A stretch of DNA of 64,000 nt from positions 258,692 to 322,691 of the forward strand of contig CAKUBV010000001.1 in NCBI GenBank assembly GCA_934643455.1. The letters are read 5' to 3'. The notes under the pieces were generated by a model that searched no databases, was not told where the DNA came from, and saw only the letters and a program-made list of their open reading frames with translations. A program made the translations under genes and the position numbers. The stretch comes from Candidatus Proelusimicrobium excrementi. GTDB taxonomy: Bacteria; Elusimicrobiota; Elusimicrobia; Elusimicrobiales; Elusimicrobiaceae. Positions 1 through 9,729 of this stretch are shown piece by piece. Numbering within the stretch: position 1 is the first letter of the stretch; the number at the start of each line of letters is the position of its first letter.

Positions 1-29
1 TTTTAAAAGTCGTCCCCAAGTGGGCGAGC

Positions 30-1484
30 GTGGTTTCAGCCATAACTACGCCTAAAACCGAAAAGTGGCATACCCTTACCACAACGGAAAAATATTTTAA
101 CGAAAAGTATTCCTCCTGGCTTGACGCCGCGAACGAAACGCTGTTTTCCCGCAGGTACGCCGTAAAAGCCAAGTTCGAAGCCGCCAACCGCGAAAGCCTT
201 ATGCTCTTGGGCCTTTACGGCGGCGCGGCCATGAGCCTTATGCGCCCTTCCGGGGAAAGCAAAGGCAATTTTTATAAAACCTGGCCGCTTAAAGAATGGT
301 ATGTGGATGTCAATTTTCAGGGGGAAGTCGACACTTTTTACCGCGTATACGAAACTTCCAAAAGGCGTTTTCTGCAGGAATTTGATTTGGAAACCCTGCC
401 CGAGGAAAGCAAAAGGATTATAAACGAAGCTAGTGAAGATAAAAAATTTAACGTAATCTGCGCCGTATATCCCAATGAATATTACGACGCCGAGGTTTAC
501 CGCGCAAAATATAAAAAGTGGGCCATAGTCTATATTTTGGAAGAAAGCAAAGAAATTATAGAAGAAGGCGGAAGCGAAGTCGCCCCCGTATTCTACCAGC
601 GTTACGACGTTATCCCCGATTTAAACGACCCTTACCCGTACAGCCCGGTTATGATGGTGCTTGCCGACCAAGCCATGCTTAACGTAATGGCGCGGGCCCT
701 TGCGGAAGCTTCCGACAGGGCCGCGCGGCCTATGCTTCTGGGCGTGAATGAACAGATAATCAACCCCGCCAATATAAGGGACGGCAGATATATACCCGGC
801 GCAGTAAGCGAGCAGGGCCAGCCGCTGATTATGCCTATGCAATATCAAGGCTCTTTGCCTTACACCTTGGAAACGATAAACCTCTATAAAAACGGAATTA
901 ACGAAGCTTACGGGCTGGATTTATTCCAGGCTTTAATGCAAAAGCCGAATATGACCGCCACCGAAATTTTGCAGCAGTCCCAAATGCAAGGTATAGTTAT
1001 GGGCCCCGTGGCCGAAAGACGCGAAAGCGAATTTTTGGGCCCAATGATAGAACTGGAACTTTATCAGGCTTTTTTGGACGGGGAACTGCCAATGATGCCG
1101 CCGGAACTGGCAAAGGCCTTTTTAAGCAAAGAAGCCGAGCTTAAAATAGAATACGAAAGCCCCGTAAGGCGTGCGCAAAGAAGCGGAGAACTGCAAGGGC
1201 TTTTGGAAGTTATCAACCTGGCTTTGCAGCTTTCCGAGGCGGACCCTTCCGCCCGCAACCTTATAAACCCGGAAGCCGCTTTAAGAAAATACGCCCGCGT
1301 GAAAGGCGTTTTGGAAAGCGACGTTTTCCGCACAAAAGAAGAGGCGGAAGCTTTAAACGAGAAGGCCGCGCTGACCGCGCAGGAGCAAAACTCTTTGGCG
1401 GCGGGGCAGGGTGAAGCCGCCATGGCCAAAGATTTGGCGCAGGCCGAAGCTTTGTCGGCGCAAAATAATGAGGTTGCCGGATGA
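30..1484 (+). CDS. Putative phage portal protein (T7 gp8-like), N-terminus may lie upstream of the window
   Basis: About 484 aa as first gene of a T7-ordered structural block (portal-scaffold-capsid-tube A-tube B); size close to T7 gp8. Confidence 0.45.
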   Translation: MVSAITTPKTEKWHTLTTTEKYFNEKYSSWLDAANETLFSRRYAVKAKFEAANRESLMLLGLYGGAAMSLMRPSGESKGNFYKTWPLKEWYVDVNFQGEVDTFYRVYETSKRRFLQEFDLETLPEESKRIINEASEDKKFNVICAVYPNEYYDAEVYRAKYKKWAIVYILEESKEIIEEGGSEVAPVFYQRYDVIPDLNDPYPYSPVMMVLADQAMLNVMARALAEASDRAARPMLLGVNEQIINPANIRDGRYIPGAVSEQGQPLIMPMQYQGSLPYTLETINLYKNGINEAYGLDLFQALMQKPNMTATEILQQSQMQGIVMGPVAERRESEFLGPMIELELYQAFLDGELPMMPPELAKAFLSKEAELKIEYESPVRRAQRSGELQGLLEVINLALQLSEADPSARNLINPEAALRKYARVKGVLESDVFRTKEEAEALNEKAALTAQEQNSLAAGQGEAAMAKDLAQAEALSAQNNEVAG

Positions 1485-1774
1485 GAAATATTCTTGACGG
1501 AGTGTTTAACAGGATAAAGAAAAGGCTCTTTTTTAAAGAAGTGTTTAAAAAAGAGACCGAAGCGGTTCAAAACGTTATGGCCGATTTGGATAAATTCTGC
1601 GACAGAAACGTTTGCCGCTGCGCCGGCTATCCGATAGACGAAAAAACGGTTTTTATCGCCATAGGCCGCCGGCAGGTTTTTGATTACATACAGCGTATGG
1701 CGGATATAAGCGATGAAGAAATAAACAAAATGATTGAGCAGGAGAAGAAGAACAATGAACGAAATAACTTTTAA
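1481..1774 (+). CDS. Hypothetical phage protein
   Basis: ATGA start/stop overlap with upstream portal gene suggests translational coupling. Confidence 0.3.
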   Translation: MRNILDGVFNRIKKRLFFKEVFKKETEAVQNVMADLDKFCDRNVCRCAGYPIDEKTVFIAIGRRQVFDYIQRMADISDEEINKMIEQEKKNNERNNF

Positions 1775-2489
1775 CGAAGACGGAAGCGCGGTTTTAAACA
1801 TCGCGCCGGAAAATGCGGAAAGTTTTAAAGCTTTTAAAACCGACGCGGATTTAAGCGGGTTTATAAAAAGCTCAGCGGCAAAGATTGCTTTGCCGGGGGA
1901 AAACGCCTCAGCCGAGGAAATAGCCGCCTTTAACAAAGCTTTGGGCGTGCCCGATAAGCCGGAAGATTACGGCATAACGTTTAAAGACGAAGCCGAGGCC
2001 GCCCTGTTTAAAAAGAACCTGGAAGAACTGCAAAAAGCCGGAGTTCCAAAAAAACAGGCCGAAAATCTTATTAAAGGCTGGCAGGGGGAAATAGAAGCCA
2101 AAAAGGCCGAAATAGCCCAAAAATACGAAAACAGCGAAAAAGAACTTTCCGCCGAGTGGAAAGAACAAAAAGAAAACAATAAAGCCGAAGCGTTGAAAGC
2201 CGCGGCTTTGCTGGGTTTTGACAAAGACGTTTTGGGCGCGATAGAACAAATTATCGGCCCTAAAGAAACTTGGATCAGGTTTTATGATTTAAGCCTTAAA
2301 ATGAAAGATTCCGCCCTTAAAGGCGGGCGGCAACCCGCGCCGAATTACGCCGACAAAGGGGAAGCTGTTAAAAAACTTTCCGAACTCATCAACGACCCCG
2401 CCTTCCGCGAAAGATTGATTAAAGGCGACCCGGCCGCAAAAAAACAATGGGACGAACTTAACAGGAGTTCATCCGGGGCGGGAATATGA
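1734..2489 (+). CDS. Putative scaffolding protein
   Basis: K/E/A-rich predicted coiled-coil protein between portal and capsid genes, position of T7 gp9. Confidence 0.4.
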   Translation: MSRRRRTMNEITFNEDGSAVLNIAPENAESFKAFKTDADLSGFIKSSAAKIALPGENASAEEIAAFNKALGVPDKPEDYGITFKDEAEAALFKKNLEELQKAGVPKKQAENLIKGWQGEIEAKKAEIAQKYENSEKELSAEWKEQKENNKAEALKAAALLGFDKDVLGAIEQIIGPKETWIRFYDLSLKMKDSALKGGRQPAPNYADKGEAVKKLSELINDPAFRERLIKGDPAAKKQWDELNRSSSGAGI

Positions 2490-2818
2490 AGAGGAGCGTG
2501 GATTTAAGCTTGATTCTCTTTAAGCTGAAGCAAATCACGCGGCCGGAATTTTTACAGCGAGGGACGTTCTGCATTTACTTCCGCCTTAAAGAGATTATCG
2601 CCGAAATGGAAAAAGACCCGGATTATATGGACGCCGTGGCGGCGGAATTTGACGGCTCTTCTTTGATAAACGAAGACACAAAAGCCGAAATAAGGGAAAC
2701 CCTTTTTAAGAAGAGCCCGCTTTTTAGAAAGCGCGCCGCCGAAAACCCGGAAGGCGAAGAATTTAAAAGTTTAAAAGAATACACCAAAAAACTTTTAAGC
2801 TTTTTTAAGACGAAATAA
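2486..2818 (+). CDS. Hypothetical phage protein
   Basis: ORF coupled to upstream gene; no recognisable motifs. Confidence 0.3.
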   Translation: MKRSVDLSLILFKLKQITRPEFLQRGTFCIYFRLKEIIAEMEKDPDYMDAVAAEFDGSSLINEDTKAEIRETLFKKSPLFRKRAAENPEGEEFKSLKEYTKKLLSFFKTK

Positions 2819-2875
2819 ACGTTTCGCCGAGAGCGGAACAAAGATTTTAAAAAATTAAAAAAGGAGAGTGAAACT

Positions 2876-3769
2876 ATGGATTATGCAGAAGTGGCCAAAT
2901 TGGCGACTGTTTCCTTCGGCAACAGCGTAAAACTGCTTGCCCAGCAGGAAACTTCCGTGTTGGAAAATACCGTTATGGTCAAAAGCGGACTTAAAGGACG
3001 CTCGGCCGTGGCGGCGGACTTCGTGGGAAAATTCCCCACGGAACAGGTAACCTCCCGCTTGAAAGATACTCCGCTTAACGACGTTTTAAGAGAACGCCGC
3101 TGGATGGAGTACAGAATGTACGGCGGTGCGGTGCCTGTGGATAAAATGGATGAAATGAACACCTCTTACGACCCGACCGACGGGCTTGTAAGGGCCGCCG
3201 TGGCAACATATTGCCGCGATATCGACGCGGAAATTATAAGGGGAATTTTCGGCGCGAATACAATCGGCGAATACAGAGAAGGCAAAAAGCTTTTCCCGGA
3301 AAGCAATATCCTTGAGGTAAGCGCCGCCGATACCAACGCAATGATTTACGGTCTTGAAGACGCTTTGGCCCTCTTAAAGAAAAACCAAGTAACCGTCGCG
3401 GCAGAGCAGATTTTTTGCGTGGTGGACAGCTACGGAGCAAAAAAACTGCGCTCGGAAGGCGTTTATATAAATTCCGATTATATGGACAACAAAGTCCTTA
3501 CCGGAAGCAGACTTACGCCTTATGCAGGCATAAACTTTGTGGAATACGAAGGCTGCCCCGTTTATAAAAACGGTTCTTCAAAGAACGTGCACAAATATCC
3601 CGTCTATTGCAAAAGCGGCGTAGCTTTGGGCAAATGGCAGGATATGTTCACCGATATTACCCGCCGCGCGGATAAATCTTACGCCTGGCAGGTGTATGTC
3701 GATTACGCTCTCGGCGCGACCAGGCTTGAAGAAGCCAAAGTCCTTAGCTTGGAACTGACCGAAAAATAA
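2876..3769 (+). CDS. Putative major capsid protein
   Basis: Strong RBS AAGGAGAG upstream; 297 aa in the gp10 position of the T7-like order. Confidence 0.45.
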   Translation: MDYAEVAKLATVSFGNSVKLLAQQETSVLENTVMVKSGLKGRSAVAADFVGKFPTEQVTSRLKDTPLNDVLRERRWMEYRMYGGAVPVDKMDEMNTSYDPTDGLVRAAVATYCRDIDAEIIRGIFGANTIGEYREGKKLFPESNILEVSAADTNAMIYGLEDALALLKKNQVTVAAEQIFCVVDSYGAKKLRSEGVYINSDYMDNKVLTGSRLTPYAGINFVEYEGCPVYKNGSSKNVHKYPVYCKSGVALGKWQDMFTDITRRADKSYAWQVYVDYALGATRLEEAKVLSLELTEK

Positions 3770-3779
3770 GGAGAGATTT

Positions 3780-4244
3780 ATGGCTGAACACAAAAGCATC
3801 GAACTTACCGAAACGGAAAATATTGATTCTTCCAAACAAATGCAGGCGCAGACGGCTTACGACGCCAAATTGCGCCGCTTTACGGCTTTGCTGGATTTAA
3901 GCAAAACCGCCGTAGCCGACGGCGACACCGTGCTTATAGCGCGCGTGCCGCAGGCTTACAGATTCGCTTACGGGCTTATAACTTCAAGCGTTTCTTTGGC
4001 TACGTCCACTTTGGCCGTAAGCGCAAGGCATATCGACCCCGCAACGAAAGCGGAAGTCAAAAACTCCGGCAAATACCGCGCCGCCGCCGTTGTTACCACG
4101 GCGCAGGTGCCTTTGCTCTTCGGCAAGGCCGGGGCCGGTGCGGAAAAAGACGCGCCGGAAGAAGTTTATTTGGAAGCCGGAACCGCGGCTTTCCCTTCCT
4201 CCGGGCTTTTGCAGGTGGATTTGTTCTTCTCCGCCGCGCTGTAA
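3780..4244 (+). CDS. Putative minor capsid/decoration protein
   Basis: Immediately downstream of capsid gene, followed by strong hairpin terminator. Confidence 0.3.
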   Translation: MAEHKSIELTETENIDSSKQMQAQTAYDAKLRRFTALLDLSKTAVADGDTVLIARVPQAYRFAYGLITSSVSLATSTLAVSARHIDPATKAEVKNSGKYRAAAVVTTAQVPLLFGKAGAGAEKDAPEEVYLEAGTAAFPSSGLLQVDLFFSAAL

Positions 4245-4245
4245 A

Positions 4246-4278
4246 AAGACGGGGCGGCGTAAAAACCGCCCCGCCTTA
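4246..4278 (+). terminator. Rho-independent terminator after capsid module
   Basis: GACGGGGCGGCG-taaaaa-CCGCCCCGCC stem-loop; position analogous to T7 T-phi after gene 10. Confidence 0.5.
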
Positions 4279-4292
4279 AAAGGACCCTTTTT

Positions 4293-4907
4293 ATGAACAG
4301 ACTTCAAATTATCAATAAAACTTTGGCCAAGCTGGGCCAAGACCCGGTAAACGCTTTAAACGCGCCCGAAAAACGCCTTAAAACCGCTTTAACTTTTTTT
4401 GACGGAGTAAGAGATGAGCTTATGGAAAGCTACCCTTGGAATTTCTGCACGGCGCGCGCCGAAATTTACCCCGCCGCCGTTGAAGACGAAAGCGGACGTA
4501 AAATTTATTTAAAACCGGCTTACGGCTATAAATACCAGTACCGTCTGCCGAAAGATTTTTTAAGGCTTCTTGACTGCGCCGAACTGAATTATTCCTGGTG
4601 CGGATCGGAAGAATACCCCGTAATAGAAGGCTGTTTTTTATTGGCCGACGCGGCCGGGCCTTTGCATATACGCTACTGCCGCTCGGAAATAAACGAAATT
4701 AAATGGCCGCCTTTGTTTGTAAACGCTTTTTGCGCCAAGCTGGCTTATGAGCTTTGCCCAAACGTAGAGCAAAGCAAAGCCGACAGGGCAATGCTCTTTC
4801 AGGATTTTGCCCAGGCCGTGGCGCAGGCAAAAAGGGTTAACGCCATGCAAAACCCTTCCTACTCTCTGCCGCCGACTGATTTTGAACTGGGCCGATACGG
4901 AGTGTAA
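4293..4907 (+). CDS. Tail tubular protein A (T7 gp11-like)
   Basis: 204 aa; N-terminus INKTLAKLGQDPVNAL ... WNF resembles recalled T7 gp11 VNDILASIGEPPVSTL ... WTF; correct position and size. Confidence 0.55.
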   Translation: MNRLQIINKTLAKLGQDPVNALNAPEKRLKTALTFFDGVRDELMESYPWNFCTARAEIYPAAVEDESGRKIYLKPAYGYKYQYRLPKDFLRLLDCAELNYSWCGSEEYPVIEGCFLLADAAGPLHIRYCRSEINEIKWPPLFVNAFCAKLAYELCPNVEQSKADRAMLFQDFAQAVAQAKRVNAMQNPSYSLPPTDFELGRYGV

Positions 4908-4909
4908 TT

Positions 4910-7510
4910 ATGCCAAGAGCTTTTAAATACCCAAGGACGAATTTTTCGGCCGGGCTTTTAAACCCCGCGGCCGAAGGCAAAATATCCAACGCTATATTGG
5001 AAGCTTCCCTGCGCCAAGCCGACAACTGCCGCCTTGATAAAAACGGGAACGTAACCTCCGCCCCCGGAACGGAATTTAAAGCCGACTTAAACGCTTTGAC
5101 GGGACAAAACGGCCCTTTTGCCAAAGTGGAATTTAAAGTTTCAAACGAACTTGCCTATACGCTTGTTTTTGCCGGGAAAATAATTTACGTCAAAAAAGCC
5201 GGAGAATATTTAAAAGACGAAGACGGCAATTTGATAACGCTTTTCAGCCCTTATAAAACGGAAGATTTGTTTACCGAAAACGGCGTTTCTAGAATAAAAT
5301 ACGTGCAATCCGCCGATGTTTTATATCTCGCTCACGAAAATTACAATTTACATAAAATTATGCGCAAAAGCGAAACAAAGTGGGATATCGCGCAAGTTGA
5401 ATTTAAAAACGGGCCTTGGGGCAAAATGAACGAAGATAAGAACCTTTTAATAAACGCTTCCGGCACCGAAGGCATTGTGGATTTAAAAGCCCGCACCGGC
5501 AAAAACCCCATTATTAAGGATTGGCATATAACATCTTCCTCGGCAGTACAAGGTTGGACAACATTTAGGCTGAGGATTTATATCGGCGGGCATAACGGTG
5601 CCGGGGAAAAAATATATGAGATTGATATGGCTCCATCAAGCAGTTTGACGGGGAGATGGGCGGAGTATGTTGCAAACATTTTAAATACTTTTCCTCAATT
5701 TAAAGCGACTAATCCTACAAGAACAACTTTAACGGTGGAAGCGGTTTCCAATCAATCGGAATACAACGGCAAACAAATAAGTATTTACATTGAAACAGCC
5801 GTTTCCGGGGCAGGGTTCTCTGCTTGGGTATACAATAACGGGGAATTTTCCACCGTTGAAACCTCGGCTGATATTTTTAAACCCGAAGACGTGGGCAGAT
5901 ATATACGCCTGTTTGAAGCGCCCGATTATGTAATTACGGCTTGGCGCGCAGGGCTTACAAATATTATAGCCAACACTACCGTATGCACTTACGGGAATAA
6001 TGAATATTTGGCGCAAACCGGCGGCACAGCCGGGCTTATACCGCCTGTCCATACGGAAGGTTCCCGCTCGGACGGGCAAATTGTTTGGAAGTATCTTAAC
6101 AGCTCCAGCGGGTGGGGCCAAATTATAGAATATATAGACCCTACACACGTTAAACTGAAAGTTTGGAGCGCAAGCCTGCCCGTCGGCCTTAAAGAAACTA
6201 ACGGGACTTATCTTTTTCAATGGGATATCGGCAAAGAAACGCACCCCGTTTGCGTGGAATTTTATAAGGACAGGCTGTTTTTGGGCATTAACGACGCTTC
6301 CGGGCCGATAATCGCCGCCAGTAATACCGGCGATTATGAAAATTTTGACGATTTGGAATACGGAGAGCAGCTTTCCACTTCCGCCTTAAGCTTTACGCCG
6401 CAGCTTGGTTTAAACAAACTTCTGTGGTTTAAAGCCGTAAACGATATTTTGTTTGTGGGGACTTCCGGCGCGGTTTTGGCCGTACAGCCTTTAAACCCTT
6501 CCGACGTTTTGGGCCCCAATAACGTAACTTATAAACCAGTCGCTTTTATACCTTGCGCGCCTTTGCCGCCGATAGTGTTTGAAACCCTTTTGCTTTTTAT
6601 AGAAGCTTCGCAAACAAAAATATTTTCCGTTCAGTACAGCTATGATTTGCAAGCTTTTACGCCGGCGGAAGTCAGCGCAAATAACGACTGGTTTTTGCAA
6701 GGGAAAATAATAAGCTGGGCCCTTTTATATACGCCCGATAAAAACATTTTAGCCGTTACCGGCGCGGGGGAAGTTTTGGATTTAAGGCTTCTGTCCGCGG
6801 ATATTATCAGCCTTGTAAAACATAAAACCGATAAGCGTTTTAAGCAGGTTGTAAGCCTTTTTGACCCCGCCTTAAACAAAGACAAAGCCGGCTTTATCAG
6901 CTTTGCCGGCGGGAAATGGCTTGACGAAGAAGCCGGGCAAACCCCGCTTGAAATGAGCGTAAAAGCACAGCTTGAGTTTAACGAAAGCGGCAAAGCCGTT
7001 TCAGTTTGCGCGCCGGAAGTTTTGCGCGGCAGAGAGCTGTTTTTGATTGCGGCGGGCAAAGTTTACGGCCCGCTTAAGCCAGGGGGAAGCGGGAGTATAG
7101 ACCTGAGCGGGTTTAATATTGCGGCGGACCAGCAGGATTATAAAGCATATTTGGGATTTTTCAGCCCTGCGGTAATTGAGTTTATGCCGGTTACCGGCGG
7201 AGGCCAAAGCCCGCAGATAGCCACGTCCGCGGGGCAAAGAATAGTAAGCGTTACGGCGCGCGTATGGCAAAGCAAAAGGTTTAAGTTCGGATGTGATTTA
7301 AAAGAACTTTGGCCCGCCGCCGCGCTTGAAGAAGACACCGCCAAAAACGGCGATATTGTGCTGGATGTAAGCTCAAGCACAACTTATCCGGCAGCTTCAC
7401 CCAGCGGGGCGGTAAACAGCACGGGGGCGCGGTTTTTTATCTTGCAGGATAGGCCCCTTGACTTCTGTCTTTGCGGTTTATTTTATGACATTTCTATATC
7501 GGAGGGATAA
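4910..7510 (+). CDS. Tail tubular protein B (T7 gp12-like)
   Basis: 866 aa directly after gp11-like gene; size and order match gp12. Confidence 0.45.
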   Translation: MPRAFKYPRTNFSAGLLNPAAEGKISNAILEASLRQADNCRLDKNGNVTSAPGTEFKADLNALTGQNGPFAKVEFKVSNELAYTLVFAGKIIYVKKAGEYLKDEDGNLITLFSPYKTEDLFTENGVSRIKYVQSADVLYLAHENYNLHKIMRKSETKWDIAQVEFKNGPWGKMNEDKNLLINASGTEGIVDLKARTGKNPIIKDWHITSSSAVQGWTTFRLRIYIGGHNGAGEKIYEIDMAPSSSLTGRWAEYVANILNTFPQFKATNPTRTTLTVEAVSNQSEYNGKQISIYIETAVSGAGFSAWVYNNGEFSTVETSADIFKPEDVGRYIRLFEAPDYVITAWRAGLTNIIANTTVCTYGNNEYLAQTGGTAGLIPPVHTEGSRSDGQIVWKYLNSSSGWGQIIEYIDPTHVKLKVWSASLPVGLKETNGTYLFQWDIGKETHPVCVEFYKDRLFLGINDASGPIIAASNTGDYENFDDLEYGEQLSTSALSFTPQLGLNKLLWFKAVNDILFVGTSGAVLAVQPLNPSDVLGPNNVTYKPVAFIPCAPLPPIVFETLLLFIEASQTKIFSVQYSYDLQAFTPAEVSANNDWFLQGKIISWALLYTPDKNILAVTGAGEVLDLRLLSADIISLVKHKTDKRFKQVVSLFDPALNKDKAGFISFAGGKWLDEEAGQTPLEMSVKAQLEFNESGKAVSVCAPEVLRGRELFLIAAGKVYGPLKPGGSGSIDLSGFNIAADQQDYKAYLGFFSPAVIEFMPVTGGGQSPQIATSAGQRIVSVTARVWQSKRFKFGCDLKELWPAAALEEDTAKNGDIVLDVSSSTTYPAASPSGAVNSTGARFFILQDRPLDFCLCGLFYDISISEG

Positions 7511-7512
7511 TT

Positions 7513-7968
7513 ATGGCTTTACCAATAGCTATACCTTTGGCCATGACGGCTTTAAGCGGAATATTTAACGGAGTAGGCAATTATAAAGCGCGCAAATCCG
7601 CCGCCAAACAATATGAGGAAGAAGCCCGCATAGCGGATTATAACGCCGATTTAACGGCTTACAATACCGCTTATAATGAAAATATTATGCGCCAAATGCA
7701 AAGGCAAAACTTGGCGCAAATTGCCGGACAGCAAAGCGAAAACGGACTGGGCGGCAGCGGCATGGCTTTGCTTTCCTACGGGCAAAGCGCGCTTCATTCC
7801 GAAAAGGACATTATGGCGGAAAGGAATAAAGGCCTTACACAAATGTTTAACTTCCGCCGGCGCGCGCAGGCGGCGCGCTATAACGCCCGGGCCGCCAAAA
7901 ATTCCGCCCGCTGGGGCATAGCCGGAGACGTGCTGAATACCGGCGCAAGCATGATGAGCTTCTTTTGA
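7513..7968 (+). CDS. Putative internal virion protein
   Basis: 151 aa with hydrophobic N-terminus, gp13/gp14 position. Confidence 0.35.
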   Translation: MALPIAIPLAMTALSGIFNGVGNYKARKSAAKQYEEEARIADYNADLTAYNTAYNENIMRQMQRQNLAQIAGQQSENGLGGSGMALLSYGQSALHSEKDIMAERNKGLTQMFNFRRRAQAARYNARAAKNSARWGIAGDVLNTGASMMSFF

Positions 7969-9662
7969 GGTGTTTTATGAGCATTGAAACTATACAGCAG
8001 AAAAACTTTGCGGCAGGGCAAATCGCCGAGGCCGACGTTTCTTCCGGCGAAAAGTTGCAGGCACAGGCTTTAAGCTCCTTCGGGCAGGGCTTGGCGAACG
8101 TTGGGCAGGCTTTTAACGCTTTGCGCCTTAGACAGGAAAAACTGCGCAATATGCAGTTTGAAACGGACCTTGCCTTATACGATAAGGAATTTAAAAGCAA
8201 ACTTTCCTCCGTCGAGTGGGACAAAACGGACGCGCAAAGCCTGATAAAAGAATATGAAAAAGGCATAGACGCTTTGGGGGGAGAAAAGCTGGGTAAAGAC
8301 GGCTATCAAAACTGGAGCAAAGAGCGCGGCTACGGCTTTAAAGAAACCGCTTCGCTCTCTTTGGCCGAAGATATTGCCGGGCGGCAGGATAAATATAATT
8401 ACGCCAAATTAAACGAAATAGGCGCGCAAAAGGCCGTCTTGGCCGTAAACAGCCCGGAGGAAGCGCAAGGCATAATAAATGATTTCTTCGGCGATATAGA
8501 AGAAAGCGTAGGGGATGTTTCCCTCAAACAGAAAATCAAAGAAAATTTTAAGGGCGAATACGCCCTGGCACAGGCTTTAAGGGATATCGAAACAAAACCA
8601 AGCGCGGCTTTATCCAAACTTAAAAACGAAAAAGAATACGACGGCCTTGGCGCGGTGCAAAGGGAAAGGCTTTTAAAGCAGGCTCAGGCCCGCCTTAAAG
8701 CCGTGGAAGGCACCGCCTTGCAGGAGAAAGTAAAGGCCTCCGTATCGGCTTGGAACGAACTCTATAACACCGATTATGAAAAAGCCGTTAAATATTATGA
8801 AGCTTACGCCAAAACCTTAAATCAAAAGCAGGCCGCGGGGGACGGGCTTACCAGGCTTGAGGCTTCCGCCTTTTTGGATTATATGGAAGGCGTTTTGGGC
8901 AAGGATATATCTTATACGGCTTCCAAAAATAATTTGGAGCGGCAAAACAATATCGCCAAGGAAATGTCTTGGCAGGAGTTTAAGACGGATTTTAATTCCT
9001 TTGATTGGGATAAAAAAAGCGGGCGCGCGCTTGATAAGGATTTGGCTTCTTTAAGCGGAGTTACTTCGTTTATCGAAAAAATTGACGCCGCCTTGGAAAA
9101 CGGACTCTTTCCCCAAAGCCATAACGACGAACTTTTGGAAATGCGCGGAAAGTTGGCTTTTGAACTTGGCCAAATTATAATGCAAGGCGATAAAAGGACA
9201 AAATCCAAAGCGGATAAAATATTTTTCAGGAACTCGGCCAAGCAAAAGGTTGAAGAGCCTTATATCGATAATTCCGGCTTGATACCAAGAATGATTTACA
9301 GAGATTTCAGCAATGAGGAATATTTAAAAGCCGAACTTAAAAATATAGCGCAAAACAAGGGCATGTTCAACGCCCTTTCCGGCGGGGAAAACGCCGTGGG
9401 TACAAAAAACTTGGGGCTTTTGTATCAATCCGCTTACCGCACTTTAAGGCAAAAAGGCGTGGATTTAAAGTCGGCTTCTTTTAAGGGCAAAACCGCCGCG
9501 CAAAACGTGGTAAACGACCTGTACCGCCAAATGGTGCGGACGCAAAATAATTTGCCTCCCGGCGAGTACCAAGCCGCCTTGGTGGGGGAAAATATAACCT
9601 TGCTGAACAAAGACGGCTCGCCCCAAGGCATAGAAATAGAAGAATATAAAAAAGGGTTGTAA
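7965..9662 (+). CDS. Putative internal virion/core protein
   Basis: 565 aa alpha-helical protein in gp15 position; no gp16-like giant gene follows. Confidence 0.35.
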   Translation: MRCFMSIETIQQKNFAAGQIAEADVSSGEKLQAQALSSFGQGLANVGQAFNALRLRQEKLRNMQFETDLALYDKEFKSKLSSVEWDKTDAQSLIKEYEKGIDALGGEKLGKDGYQNWSKERGYGFKETASLSLAEDIAGRQDKYNYAKLNEIGAQKAVLAVNSPEEAQGIINDFFGDIEESVGDVSLKQKIKENFKGEYALAQALRDIETKPSAALSKLKNEKEYDGLGAVQRERLLKQAQARLKAVEGTALQEKVKASVSAWNELYNTDYEKAVKYYEAYAKTLNQKQAAGDGLTRLEASAFLDYMEGVLGKDISYTASKNNLERQNNIAKEMSWQEFKTDFNSFDWDKKSGRALDKDLASLSGVTSFIEKIDAALENGLFPQSHNDELLEMRGKLAFELGQIIMQGDKRTKSKADKIFFRNSAKQKVEEPYIDNSGLIPRMIYRDFSNEEYLKAELKNIAQNKGMFNALSGGENAVGTKNLGLLYQSAYRTLRQKGVDLKSASFKGKTAAQNVVNDLYRQMVRTQNNLPPGEYQAALVGENITLLNKDGSPQGIEIEEYKKGL

Positions 9663-9692
9663 AGGCATAATACGAATATAAACCCCGGCACT

Positions 9693-9725
9693 TAAAAAGC
9701 GCCGGGGTTTTGATTTTTACCTATA
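9693..9725. terminator. Bidirectional hairpin terminator between structural block and integrase
   Basis: CCCCGGC-acttaaaaagc-GCCGGGG followed by T-run. Confidence 0.5.
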
Positions 9726-9729
9726 ACCT

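Noticed and set aside
1064-1936. 290-aa ORF antisense to the portal and scaffold genes, and similar antisense ORFs at 5729-6244, 38474-39070, 46677-47276, 34019-34480 and 25516-25854
   Set aside because: These are shadow ORFs inside larger, better-supported genes on the opposite strand. They have low-complexity or odd composition and no RBS or start context.
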